From: an uncultured Candidatus Rokubacteria bacterium
GTDB taxonomy: Bacteria; Methylomirabilota; Methylomirabilia; Rokubacteriales; CSP1-6
DNA length: 64,000 nt
Direction: 5' to 3'
Assembly: GCA_963789955.1 (NCBI GenBank)
Contig: CAWBMV010000022.1
Location: 512,001 to 576,000, forward strand
The position numbers and the translations under genes are program-made. Positions within the stretch are counted from its first letter, which is position 1, and each line of letters starts with the position of its first letter. Shown here one piece after another: positions 19,788-29,274 of the stretch. The notes under the pieces were generated by a model that saw only the letters and a program-made list of their open reading frames with translations, made no database searches and had not been told where the DNA came from.

Positions 19788-20565
19788 CCGTGATCAACGT
19801 CTACGCGCTCTGCACCGGCTTCATCGAGCTCGACCGCGCCAGCATGGTGTCCGATCTCGCCCCGGGACAGCCCTGGACCGTTCCGGTGATGAGCTTCCTG
19901 GTGAGCCATCCGAAGGGCCACGCTCCTGTTCGACACCGGCGTGCACTGCCAGGCGCGCCTCGACCCGCTGAGCCGTCTCGGTCCCGAGCGGATCAAGCGG
20001 CTGACCGTCAAGTCGCGAGAGGGCGACGACGTGGTGCCAGCAGCTCGCGCGGCTCGGCCTCAAGCCGGACGACGTTCGCTTCGTGGCGAACTCGCACCTG
20101 CACTTCGATCACTGCGGCGGCAACGAGTTCTTTCCTCGCGCGACCTTCCTGGTGCAGCGGGCCGAGCTGGAAGCGGCGCGCCGTCCGGGTTTCGTGCCGA
20201 GCTACAGCCCGAGCCCGCTCGACTTCGATCATCCGCTCGACTACCGGATGCTCGACGGCGAGCACGACGTGTTCGGCGACGGCGCGGTGGTGTTGCTGCC
20301 GACGTACGGCCACACGCCAGGGCATCAGTCGCTGCTGGTGCGTTCCGGCAAGCAGTCCCAGATCGTCTGCGCGTCCGACGCGTGCTACACGCGGGAGAAC
20401 ATGGACCGGGACGTGCTGCCGAAGATCCTCTGGAACCCGTCGGTCATGTTCGAGTCGCTGAAGGCGCTCCGGAAGCTCCGCGACCAGGCCGGGGCCACGG
20501 TGTTCTACGGCCACGACCCGGCGCAGTGGGAGACGATTCCCAAGGCGCCGGCGCCGGTGATCTGA
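19784..20565 (+). CDS. N-acyl homoserine lactonase-family metallo-beta-lactamase; frameshifts at ~19920 and ~20038
   Basis: LFDTG, SHLHFDHCG, GHTPGHQS, SDA, GHD across three frames. Confidence 0.85.
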
Positions 20566-20578
20566 GGAGCCGACCGCC

Positions 20579-21628
20579 ATGCGATTCGGGCTCTTCTATC
20601 AAGCGTCGGAAGCGGACGGACAGACGCACGCCGAGCGCTACGCCGAGATGCTCGACTTGATCGCGCTCGGCGACACGCTCGGCTTCGACGTGGCGTGGCT
20701 GGCGGAGCTGCACTTCGGCGGCGCGTTCTCGCTGCTGGCGAGCCCGCTCATGGTCGTGCCGGTGATCGCCCAGCGCACACGCCGGATTCGTATCGGGACG
20801 GCCGTGACCCTGCTGCCACTGCACAACCCGCTGAGCTGCGCCGAGCAAGCCGCGACGGCGGACCTGCTCTCCGGCGGTCGCCTCGAGTTCGGCGTGGGCC
20901 GCGGCTCGATTCCGAGCCAGTTCCATGGCTTCGGCGTGCCCGTGTCGGAGAACCGCGGGCGCTTCGACGAGGCGCTCGAGATCATCCGCCGGGCGTGGAC
21001 CCAGGAGCGATTCAGCTATCGCGGCACCTACTACCAGATCGAGGACGTCGCGGTGGTGCCGCGCCCGCTCCAGCGGCCGCACCCGCCGATCCGCGTTGCC
21101 GTCCACACGGCCGAGAGCTTCGCGCACATCGGCGATCTCGGGGTGCCGATCTATTCCGGGACGACGACCACGGCCCTGCCGCAGCTGCGCGAGTACATGG
21201 CGCTCTATCGCACGCACCTCGCCGCGGCGGGGCATGCGTGGCAGAGCGATCAGATGGCGCTCATGCTGCCCGTCCACGTCGGCACGACCTCCGCGGCGGC
21301 GCGCGACGCCATGCGCCCGGGAGTGCTCAAGTACTACAAGAACCTCGAAGTGATCTTCTCGCAGCTGCCCGACTCGTACGCCGACCATCTGCCGCGCCTG
21401 AAGACGATCCGGGAGACGATCGCGAATCTCCCGTACGAGAAGTTCTTCCGCGATCAGGCCGTGTTCGGCGACGCCGCGGAAGTCGTCGATCGACTCCAGG
21501 CCGTGCGCGACGAGTTCGGGCTCTCGCAGATCATCTGCTGGTTCGATCAGGGCGCGATGCTGCCGCGCGCCGACGTCGAGCGCGCGATGCGCCGCTTCAC
21601 CGACGAAGTCATGCCCAAGCTTCGCTAG
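20579..21628 (+). CDS. LLM-class flavin-dependent oxidoreductase
   Basis: GFDVAWLAELHF, RIRIGTAVTLLPLHNP, DLLSGGRLEFGVGRG. Confidence 0.9.
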   Translation: MRFGLFYQASEADGQTHAERYAEMLDLIALGDTLGFDVAWLAELHFGGAFSLLASPLMVVPVIAQRTRRIRIGTAVTLLPLHNPLSCAEQAATADLLSGGRLEFGVGRGSIPSQFHGFGVPVSENRGRFDEALEIIRRAWTQERFSYRGTYYQIEDVAVVPRPLQRPHPPIRVAVHTAESFAHIGDLGVPIYSGTTTTALPQLREYMALYRTHLAAAGHAWQSDQMALMLPVHVGTTSAAARDAMRPGVLKYYKNLEVIFSQLPDSYADHLPRLKTIRETIANLPYEKFFRDQAVFGDAAEVVDRLQAVRDEFGLSQIICWFDQGAMLPRADVERAMRRFTDEVMPKLR

Positions 21629-21672
21629 GCCGCGCGCCGCAGACGGGCGCGCCGAACCATAGGAGGACAAGC

Positions 21673-22404
21673 GTGGCCAAGAGTGTCGTGACGCCCGAGC
21701 GATTCGCCCGAGGGAGGACGTTCGACGAGTACGTGAAGTACACCGGGAGTCCCGAGAACCTCGCCCGCGAGGCGTTCGGCAGCTACTACCCCGACGGCGG
21801 ATCGATCGGCGTCGCCCGCCGGGACAACAGCGCCGTGTTCCGCGAGCGCTATGCACGGGCGCGGCTCACCGACCACCAGGCCGCCGCCATCACGTGGCTC
21901 GCCGCGCAGCCGGACGGGCCAGCGAAGATTCTCGTCATCTCGGAAGACTGGTCGTCCGACTGCCGGCGTGACGTGCCGATGCTGGCGCGGCTGGCCGAGG
22001 CCGGCGGGCTGGAGCTCCGGATCTTCAACCGCGACGGAAAGAAGATTCTCGGCACGCGTCGACCCGATCCAGCCGCGCATCCGGACGGCAACCACGACAT
22101 CATGCTCGAGTTCCTCAACGCGAAGAACGGCGGCGAGTGGGCATCGCTGCCGGTCGTGGTCGTTTATACGAAGGACCTCCGCGAGCTGCACCGGTACATC
22201 GAGTTTCCGGCCATCTATCACAAGGACTACATCCGCGGATACATGCAGGCCGCGCGGGCCGGCGAGAGCGAGGCGCAGACGAAGGAGCGCGGCCAGCGCG
22301 AGTTCGTCGCGCTGCAGGGCTCGCCGTTCTTCGACGTGTGGGCCTCGGCCGGGATCGACGAGATCCTCGCCGCGCTCTACGAGAAGCTGACGGTGAAGGC
22401 CTAG
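21673..22404 (+). CDS. Thioredoxin-family protein (monothiol WSSDC)
   Basis: LVISEDWSSDCRRDVP...LRIFNRD...SLPVVV; AGGAGG RBS. Confidence 0.75.
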   Translation: MAKSVVTPERFARGRTFDEYVKYTGSPENLAREAFGSYYPDGGSIGVARRDNSAVFRERYARARLTDHQAAAITWLAAQPDGPAKILVISEDWSSDCRRDVPMLARLAEAGGLELRIFNRDGKKILGTRRPDPAAHPDGNHDIMLEFLNAKNGGEWASLPVVVVYTKDLRELHRYIEFPAIYHKDYIRGYMQAARAGESEAQTKERGQREFVALQGSPFFDVWASAGIDEILAALYEKLTVKA

Positions 22405-23762
22405 GACGGGCGCGCGGCGACGACCAGAAGGCCGTCGACCGGCTTCTTCAGCTCGAGCCGCAGATGGACGTGCGTGATCTGTCGCGGCTCGAGCCGCGCG
22501 CCGGCCAGCACCCGCCGGACGTACGCCTCGGTGTGGCTGTAGCGGCCGTGCGGGTTGATCCGGTAGCCCTGCGGCGCCTCGTCGTCGCTCGCCCGCTCGA
22601 GCGTGAACACGACGTGGCCGCGCGGACGGAGCCCTCGGTGCGCGGCGGCCATCGCGGCCGCCAGATCGCCGAAGTAGACGAGCGTATCCGCCGAGACGAT
22701 CAGGTCCCAGGCGGCCGGCACCGCGCCCACGAACGCCGTCAGCTCGCCGAGGATCAGCTCGTCGTAGAGCTTGCGCATCCCGGCGCGCTTCAGCATCTCG
22801 AGCGACAGGTCCACGCCGACCAGGCGCCGGGCGAACGGCTTGACATGCTCGGCGCAGAGGCCGGTGCCGCAGCCGGCGTCGAGAATGTCGAGACCGGCCA
22901 CCGGAGCGCCCATCACGTCGGCGGCCGCCTGGCCGACCAGCGCCGGCGCGCGATACTGCAGCCCCTCGAGGATGTAGTCGAAGCTGTCCGCGAAGCCCTC
23001 GAAGATGTTCCGCACGGTGTCGTCCGAGGCGCGCGCGGGCACGCCCTGTCCCGTGCACGCGGACAGGAGGTGTCGCGCCAGGGGATTCTCCGGCTCCAGC
23101 GAGAGCCACTTTCGGTAGACGTCCGCGGCTTCCTCGATGCGCCCCCATCCGTAGAGCGCGGCCCCGAGCCGGCGATAGGAATCGAAGTGAAACGGCCGGA
23201 GCATCACGGCCTGCCGGTACGCGGTGAGCGCTTGCGGCATGAGGTCGAGCGCCTCGAGCGCCTTGCCGAGATTGAGATGGGCGTCGGCCATGTCCGGTCG
23301 TAGCGCGATGGCCCGCTCGTAGAACACGATCGCTTCGTCGTGGCGCTTCTGTTGCTGGAGCGCGTTGCCCAGGTTGTTGTAGGCGTCGGCCAGCTCGGGC
23401 TGGAGCGCGATGGCGCGCTCGTAGCAGGTGACCGCCTCGTCGGTGCGCTTTTGATGCTGCAGGACGTTGCCCAGGTTGTTGTGGGCGTCCGAGTAGGCGG
23501 GCGCCAGCTCGACCGCGCGGCGGATCAAGGTCTCGGCCTCGGAGAGTCGTCCGAGCTGGAACGCCACCACGCCGCGGAAATGCCAGGCGTCGGGATAGTC
23601 GGGAGCGGCCGCGAGGATGCGCCGGTAGAGCTCGTCGGCCGCCTCGAGGCGATCCTCCTTCTGCAGCTCTCTGGCGTAGGCCATCGCGTCCGCGAGCCCG
23701 AGCTCCTTCGGTACGCTCTCGCCGGCTGGAGCCGTGGCGCCAGGGTCGTCGGCGGTGACCAT
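22401..23762 (-). CDS. TPR-repeat protein with C-terminal SAM methyltransferase
   Basis: Repeated AHNNLGN/AYNNLGN TPRs; ILDAGCGTG, GVDLS..ML, GRYSH. Confidence 0.9.
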   Translation of the reverse strand: MVTADDPGATAPAGESVPKELGLADAMAYARELQKEDRLEAADELYRRILAAAPDYPDAWHFRGVVAFQLGRLSEAETLIRRAVELAPAYSDAHNNLGNVLQHQKRTDEAVTCYERAIALQPELADAYNNLGNALQQQKRHDEAIVFYERAIALRPDMADAHLNLGKALEALDLMPQALTAYRQAVMLRPFHFDSYRRLGAALYGWGRIEEAADVYRKWLSLEPENPLARHLLSACTGQGVPARASDDTVRNIFEGFADSFDYILEGLQYRAPALVGQAAADVMGAPVAGLDILDAGCGTGLCAEHVKPFARRLVGVDLSLEMLKRAGMRKLYDELILGELTAFVGAVPAAWDLIVSADTLVYFGDLAAAMAAAHRGLRPRGHVVFTLERASDDEAPQGYRINPHGRYSHTEAYVRRVLAGARLEPRQITHVHLRLELKKPVDGLLVVAARPS

Positions 23763-23863
23763 GGCGTGATTCTAGTCGATTCGCGAAAGGCCGCGAGCCA
23801 TCCTCTTGACTCTGCGGCCCGATCGGGCGAGCCTCGCGTGGAGCCAGGGGTCACCGGGCGACC

Positions 23864-24054
23864 ATGGCAGGGCGCGCTCCAGGCCGTCGCGGGGCTGGGG
23901 GCCCCGCCGGCCGAGGCGCGCCTACGAATGGCAGGGCGCGCTGCAGGCCGTCGCTGGGGCTGGGGCCCCGCCGGCCGAGGCGCGCCTACGAATGGCAGGG
24001 CGCGCTGCAGGCCGTCGCTGGGCTGGGGCCCCGCCGGCCGAGGCGCGCCTACAA
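23864..24054 (+). repeat. Three tandem 63-64-bp palindromic units
   Basis: atggcagggcgcgct(c/g)caggccgtcgc..gggctgggg(g)ccccgccggccgaggcgcgcctac(g/a)a at 23864, 23928, 23992. Confidence 0.92.
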
Positions 24055-24069
24055 ATGGAGGGCGGTGTC

Positions 24070-25057
24070 ATGAGCGAGCGAGAGCTGACGTACGGCGAGG
24101 CGGTCAAGGAAGCGATCGCGGAGGAAATGCGGCGCGATCCGCGCGTGTTCCTCATCGGCGAAGACGTGGCCGAGGCCGGCCACCCGTTCAAGACCCTCAT
24201 CGGGCTCGTGCAGGAGTTCGGCACGCAGCGGATCATCGACACGCCCATCTCGGAGCCCGGCTACGCCGGCATCGGCGTCGGCGCGGCGATGACGGGCATG
24301 CGGCCCGTGGTCGACGTGATGTTCGGCGACTTCATCACCTTGACCATGGACCAGATGGTCAACCAGGCCGCCAAGGCGCATTACATGTCGGGCGGCAAGA
24401 TCAAGGTGCCGATCGTCTTTCGCACCACGCTCGGCGCGACGCGACGCTCGGCCGCGCAGCACTCGCAATCGTTGCATGCGTGGGTCAGCCACGTCCCCGG
24501 CCTCAAGGTGGCGCTGCCGTCGGGGCCGTACGAGGCCAAGGGGCTGATGAAGACGGCCATCCGCGACGACAGCCCCGTGGTGATCTTCGAGGACAAGATG
24601 ATGTACCGCGTCAAGGGCCCGGTGCCCGCCGAGGACTACACGATCCCGTTCGGCGTCGCCGAGGTGAAGCGGGTCGGGGACGGACATCACGATCGTCGCC
24701 ACCAGCAGCATGGTCGCGGTGGCCCTCGGTGCCGCGAAGCTTCTCGAAGAGGCCGGCATCAGCGCCGAGGTGATCGATCCCCGCACGACGTGGCCGCTCG
24801 ACAAGAAGGCGCTGATCGAGTCGGCCAAGAAGACGTCGCGCGCGATCGTGGTGGACGAGGGCTACGAGCGCTACGGGGTCACCGCCGAGATCGCCTCGGT
24901 GATCGCCGAGGGCGCCTTCTATCATCTGGACGCGCCCGTGAAGCGGATCGGCGCCATGGACGTGCCGGTGCCGTTCTCGCCGGTGCTCGAAGACCTCACC
25001 GTGCCGTCGGAGCAGGCGGTCGCCGACGCGGCGAAAGCGCTCTGCCGCAAGGCATGA
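24070..25057 (+). CDS. Pyruvate/acetoin dehydrogenase E1 beta subunit; frameshift at ~24678
   Basis: IGEDVA, DTPISE, DQMVNQAAK, AAQHSQ; then AEVIDPRT, DVPVPFS in the next frame. Confidence 0.92.
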
Positions 25058-26092
25058 TGCGCCTCGACGTCGATCTCTTCAGCGACACGGTCACCCGCCC
25101 CACCGCCGAGATGCGCCGCTTCATGTGCGACGCCGAGGTGGGCGACGAGCAGAAGCTCGAGGACCCGACCGTCAATCTGCTCTGCGAGATGGTCGCCGAG
25201 CTGCTCGGCAAGGAAGCCGCGGTGTTCCTGCCGTCGGGCACCATGTGCAACGAGATCGCGCTGCGCGTGCACGCGCGGCCCGGCGAAGAGGTGATCGCGC
25301 ATCACACCGCGCATCCGATCCACTTCGAGACGGGCGGGCCGGCGGCGCTCGCCGGCGTCAACGTGCGGCCGGTCGACGGCGCGCGCGGTCAGTTCGACGC
25401 CGAGGCGGTCGAGGCGGCCGTACGCCACGCCTCGCGGTACGCGCCCGCGCAGCCGTCTCGTCTGGGTGGAGCAGACCAGCAATCTCGGCGGCGGCTCCGT
25501 GTGGCCGCTCGAGCGCATCGAGGCGGTGACGGCGGTCGCGCGACGTCACGGCCTGGCGACGCACATGGACGGCGCGCGCCTGATGAACGCGGTCGTCGCG
25601 AGCGGGGTGTCCGCGCGCGACTACGCGGCCACGTTCGACTCGGCGTGGATCGACTTCACCAAGGGCCTCGGCGCGCCCGTCGGCGCGGCGCTCGCCGGCT
25701 CGCGCGCGTTCATCGACGAGGCGTGGCGATGCAAGCAGCAGATGGGCGGCGCCATGCGCCAGGCCGGAATCATCGCGGCCGGCGGCGTGTGGGCGCTGCG
25801 CCACCACGTCAAGCGCCTGGCCGACGATCACACGAACGCCCGGCGCCTGGCCGAAGGCCTGGCCGGTCTTCCGGGGGTGAGCGTCGATCCGAAGACGATC
25901 GACACCAACATCGTGTTCTTCGATCTGACCGGCGCGCTCACCGCGGGTGTCGCGGTCGAGCGCATGCTCGCGAGCGGCGTGCGCATGGGCGCCCTGGGGG
26001 CGCGCACGATTCGCGCCGTCACCCATCTGGACGTCGACGCCGCCAAGATCGAGCGGGCGCTCTCGGTGGCTCGCGAGGTCTTCACCGCGTGA
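25054..26092 (+). CDS. Low-specificity L-threonine aldolase family; frameshift at ~25446
   Basis: SDTVTRPT, PSGTMCN, HMDGARL, TKGLGAPVG, GGAMRQAG. Confidence 0.9.
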
Positions 26093-26105
26093 GCGCAGAG
26101 CCCTG

Positions 26106-27440
26106 ATGCCGACCAACATCATCATGCCCGCCCTCGAGATGGCGCAGGAGACCGGCAAGGTCGTGCGCTGGCTCAAGCGTCCCGGCGACACCGTGCGGAA
26201 GGGCGAGCCGATCGTCGAGATCGAGACCGACAAGGTCACGGTCGAGATCGAGGCCCCGGCGTCCGGCGTCCTGCGCGACGTGACCGCGAACGAAGGTGAC
26301 GTGGTGCCGGTGGGGCGGACGATCGCGCTCATCACGGCGGCCGGTGAGGCCGCGAGCACAGTCGCGGCGATGTCGGTGATGCCACCCGCGAGCGCGGCGG
26401 CGACCGGCTCGGTCCCGGCGCCGCCCGCCTCGGGCGGAGCGTCGACCGGCACGGTCAAGGCCTCGCCGCTCGCGCGCCGGATCGCCGAGCAGCACGGTGT
26501 CGATCTCGGGCGTGTGACGACGGCCAGCGGTCGGATCGAGAAGGCCGATGTGCTGGCCTATGTCGAGAGCCGACGGCCGACCGCGGGCGGTAACGGGCCG
26601 GCTGCGCGGCTCGCGGCGGCGTCGCCCAAGGCGCGCCGGCTCGCCGCCGAGCGCGGGCTCGACGTCGGTGCCCTGCGAGGCTCCGGGCCGGGCGGGGCCG
26701 TCCTGGCCGACGACGTGCCGGTCGCGGCGCGCCCGGCGGCGACGGCGGCGCCCAGCGCGCCGCGCGAGAGCGCTCCGAGCGTCGGTACCGTCTGGCGAAT
26801 CATGGCCGAGCGCATGACGACGAGCTGGACGACCGCGCCGCACTTCTATCTGGTGCGCGAGGTCAACGTGACCCGACTGGCCTCGTGGCTCGACCAGGCG
26901 CGCACGCAGACCGGCGCCCACGTCACCTATACGGATCTACTGATCAAGCTCGTCGCGGCGGCGATCTCACGGCACCCGCGCGTGAACGCGTCGTGGAAGG
27001 ACGGCACGATCGTGCAGAGCTCCGACATCAATGTCGGGCTCGCCGTGGCCATTGACGACGGTCTCGTCGTGCCCGTCATCCATCGCGCCGACACCTTGCA
27101 TCTGCCCGAGCTCGCGGCGCGGCGCGCCGACATCGTGAGCCGCGCCCAGGCCGGCAAGCTACGCCCGGCGGACATCCAGGGCGGCGGATTCACGATCAGC
27201 AACCTCGGGATGTTCGGTGTGGACGCCTTCAGCGCCATCGTCAACCCGCCGCAGGCCGCCATCCTGGCCGTCGGACGGATCGCCGACCGCGTGGTCGCGC
27301 TCCACGGTCAGCCGGTCGTGCAGCCGACCCTGGTGCTCACGCTGTCCTGCGACCATCGCGCCCTCGACGGCGCGCGCGCCGCCCAGTTCCTCGGCACGCT
27401 CGCCGACCTCGTCGAGGAACCCCTGGCGCTTCTCGTCTAG
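26106..27440 (+). CDS. Dihydrolipoamide acyltransferase E2
   Basis: Lipoyl ETDKV, two subunit-binding repeats (ASPLARR, ASPKARR), TISNLG, DHRALDG. Confidence 0.93.
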   Translation: MPTNIIMPALEMAQETGKVVRWLKRPGDTVRKGEPIVEIETDKVTVEIEAPASGVLRDVTANEGDVVPVGRTIALITAAGEAASTVAAMSVMPPASAAATGSVPAPPASGGASTGTVKASPLARRIAEQHGVDLGRVTTASGRIEKADVLAYVESRRPTAGGNGPAARLAAASPKARRLAAERGLDVGALRGSGPGGAVLADDVPVAARPAATAAPSAPRESAPSVGTVWRIMAERMTTSWTTAPHFYLVREVNVTRLASWLDQARTQTGAHVTYTDLLIKLVAAAISRHPRVNASWKDGTIVQSSDINVGLAVAIDDGLVVPVIHRADTLHLPELAARRADIVSRAQAGKLRPADIQGGGFTISNLGMFGVDAFSAIVNPPQAAILAVGRIADRVVALHGQPVVQPTLVLTLSCDHRALDGARAAQFLGTLADLVEEPLALLV

Positions 27441-27449
27441 AATAGCGAT

Positions 27450-28205
27450 ATGTGGAACCTTCGAGTCCTCGCCGTCGCCCTCGTTCTTGGCCTCGCCGTT
27501 GCGGTGCCGTTCGCCGGTCGAGTACTCGCCGACGAGCCCAAGCTCTCGCAGCAAGAGATCGAGAAGATCGTGCACGACTATCTCCTGCGGGAGCCGGAGG
27601 TGCTCGCCGAGGCGTTCCGGCGTCTGCAGCAGCGCCAGTCGGCCGCGGCGGCGACGAAGGCCAGGCAGGCGATCCAGGACAACCAGCAAGCGCTGCTGTC
27701 GGATCACGCCTCGCCGGTCGAGGGCAATGCGCAGGGCAAGGTCACGATCGTCGAGTTCTTCGACTACCGCTGCGTGCATTGCCGCCACGTCGCGCCCACG
27801 ATCGATCGGATCGTGAGCTCGAACGCGTCCGTGCGCGTGGTCTACAAGAACTTTCCCGTGCTCGGCGAGCCCTCGGTCCTCGCGGCTCGAGGCGCTGTCG
27901 CGGCGCAGCAGCAGGGCGGATGGCCGAAGCTCCATCGGGCGATGCTTGCCTTCGAGGGCGACTTCACGGTCGAGAGCATCCTCGCGCTCGGCGCGTCGGT
28001 CGGTCTCGACTCCGCCAAGCTGAAGACGGACATGATGTCGCCGGCCACGGACAAGGCCTTGCAGGCCAACATGACCCTGGCGGCGGCGCTCGGGCTCGAC
28101 GCGACGCCGAGCTTCGTGATCGGCGATCGCGTCATTCGCGGGGTGCTCTCGCCCGAAGCGTTCCAGGCGCTCGTCGACGACGAAGCCGCGAAGAGCGCGC
28201 GCTAG
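27450..28205 (+). CDS. Exported DsbA-family thiol-disulfide oxidoreductase
   Basis: Signal peptide; EFFDYRCVHC; ATPSFVIG. Confidence 0.9.
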   Translation: MWNLRVLAVALVLGLAVAVPFAGRVLADEPKLSQQEIEKIVHDYLLREPEVLAEAFRRLQQRQSAAAATKARQAIQDNQQALLSDHASPVEGNAQGKVTIVEFFDYRCVHCRHVAPTIDRIVSSNASVRVVYKNFPVLGEPSVLAARGAVAAQQQGGWPKLHRAMLAFEGDFTVESILALGASVGLDSAKLKTDMMSPATDKALQANMTLAAALGLDATPSFVIGDRVIRGVLSPEAFQALVDDEAAKSAR

Positions 28206-28347
28206 TCTTTGGGGGTGCGGAATACTGCTTGACGACGCGTTTTATAAATTCCTGGTATTACCTCACAAAAGGCATATCCTGAACAAAGCATAAGCTGTCA
28301 GTAACAGGAGTTTGACCGGATAGACTCTGGTTCCACATGGAGAGCCG

Positions 28348-29211
28348 ATGAGTCTAGAGCCTGACCTAGAAGTTCCTCGAGGCGTTCCCGCCGTTCGGCA
28401 TCGCGTTGTCAAAGTTCGAGATCACGCTGCCTCCGAGTGTCTGGATTATCTCGCCGTCGAAGAGCCCCTCGAGATTCGCCTGGGCGGTATCAATCTCAGC
28501 GTCACGATGCGAACCCCAGGCGACGATGAGGAGCTCGTCGCGGGCTTCCTGTTCTCCGAGGGCATCATCGCGAGCGCCGACGATCTCGACGTCATCGCCC
28601 GCTACCGCGGCCCCGACGGAGATCCCGACGACGGCAACGTGATGAACGTGCTGCTGAAGGGCGACATGCGCGTCGCCAAGGACCGGTTGCGCCGCAACTT
28701 CGTCGCGTCCTCGTCCTGCGGTCTCTGCGGCAAGGCGACGATCGACGCGATTCGCGCGACGCTCCCGCCGGTGCAATCCGACATCGTCATCTCCGTCGAT
28801 CGGCTCAACCGCCTCGGGGCGGTGATGCACGACGCCCAGTCGACGTTCGAGAAGACCGGCGGGCTGCACGCGGCCGGGCTCTTCGATGCCGACGGCCGGA
28901 TGATCGTGCTGCGGGAAGACATCGGTCGCCACAACGCCGTCGACAAAGTCATCGGCCATCGGGTACTGGCTCGCAGCATGCCGCTCGACCGCCACGTGCT
29001 CATGGTCAGCGGCCGGGTGAGCTTCGAGATCATGCAAAAGGCCTTGACCGCGCGCATCCCCGTGATCGCCGCGGTCTCGGCGCCTTCGAGTATGGCTGTG
29101 CAGATGGCGCTCGCCGCGGACATGACCCTGATCGGGTTCGCGCGGAACGGCGGGTTCAACCTTTACGCGGGCGCCCATCGGGTGGCGCCGAATGTCGCGG
29201 AACTCGTGTGA
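28348..29211 (+). CDS. fdhD: Formate dehydrogenase accessory sulfurtransferase
   Basis: EEPLEI, TMRTPG, SSCGLCGK, TGGLHAA, EDIGRHNAVDK. Confidence 0.95.
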   Translation: MSLEPDLEVPRGVPAVRHRVVKVRDHAASECLDYLAVEEPLEIRLGGINLSVTMRTPGDDEELVAGFLFSEGIIASADDLDVIARYRGPDGDPDDGNVMNVLLKGDMRVAKDRLRRNFVASSSCGLCGKATIDAIRATLPPVQSDIVISVDRLNRLGAVMHDAQSTFEKTGGLHAAGLFDADGRMIVLREDIGRHNAVDKVIGHRVLARSMPLDRHVLMVSGRVSFEIMQKALTARIPVIAAVSAPSSMAVQMALAADMTLIGFARNGGFNLYAGAHRVAPNVAELV

Positions 29212-29274
29212 TGTTTCGGATGTTACTGATCGGCGATACCAACGCCGTTGTCGCTTCGTAGGAGGAACGAAACC

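Noticed and set aside
19784..20565. Quorum-quenching system
   Set aside because: The lactonase fold is broad-specificity and no luxI/luxR genes are nearby
23864..24054. CRISPR array
   Set aside because: Units are contiguous near-identical 63-64-mers with no unique spacers, and there are no cas genes
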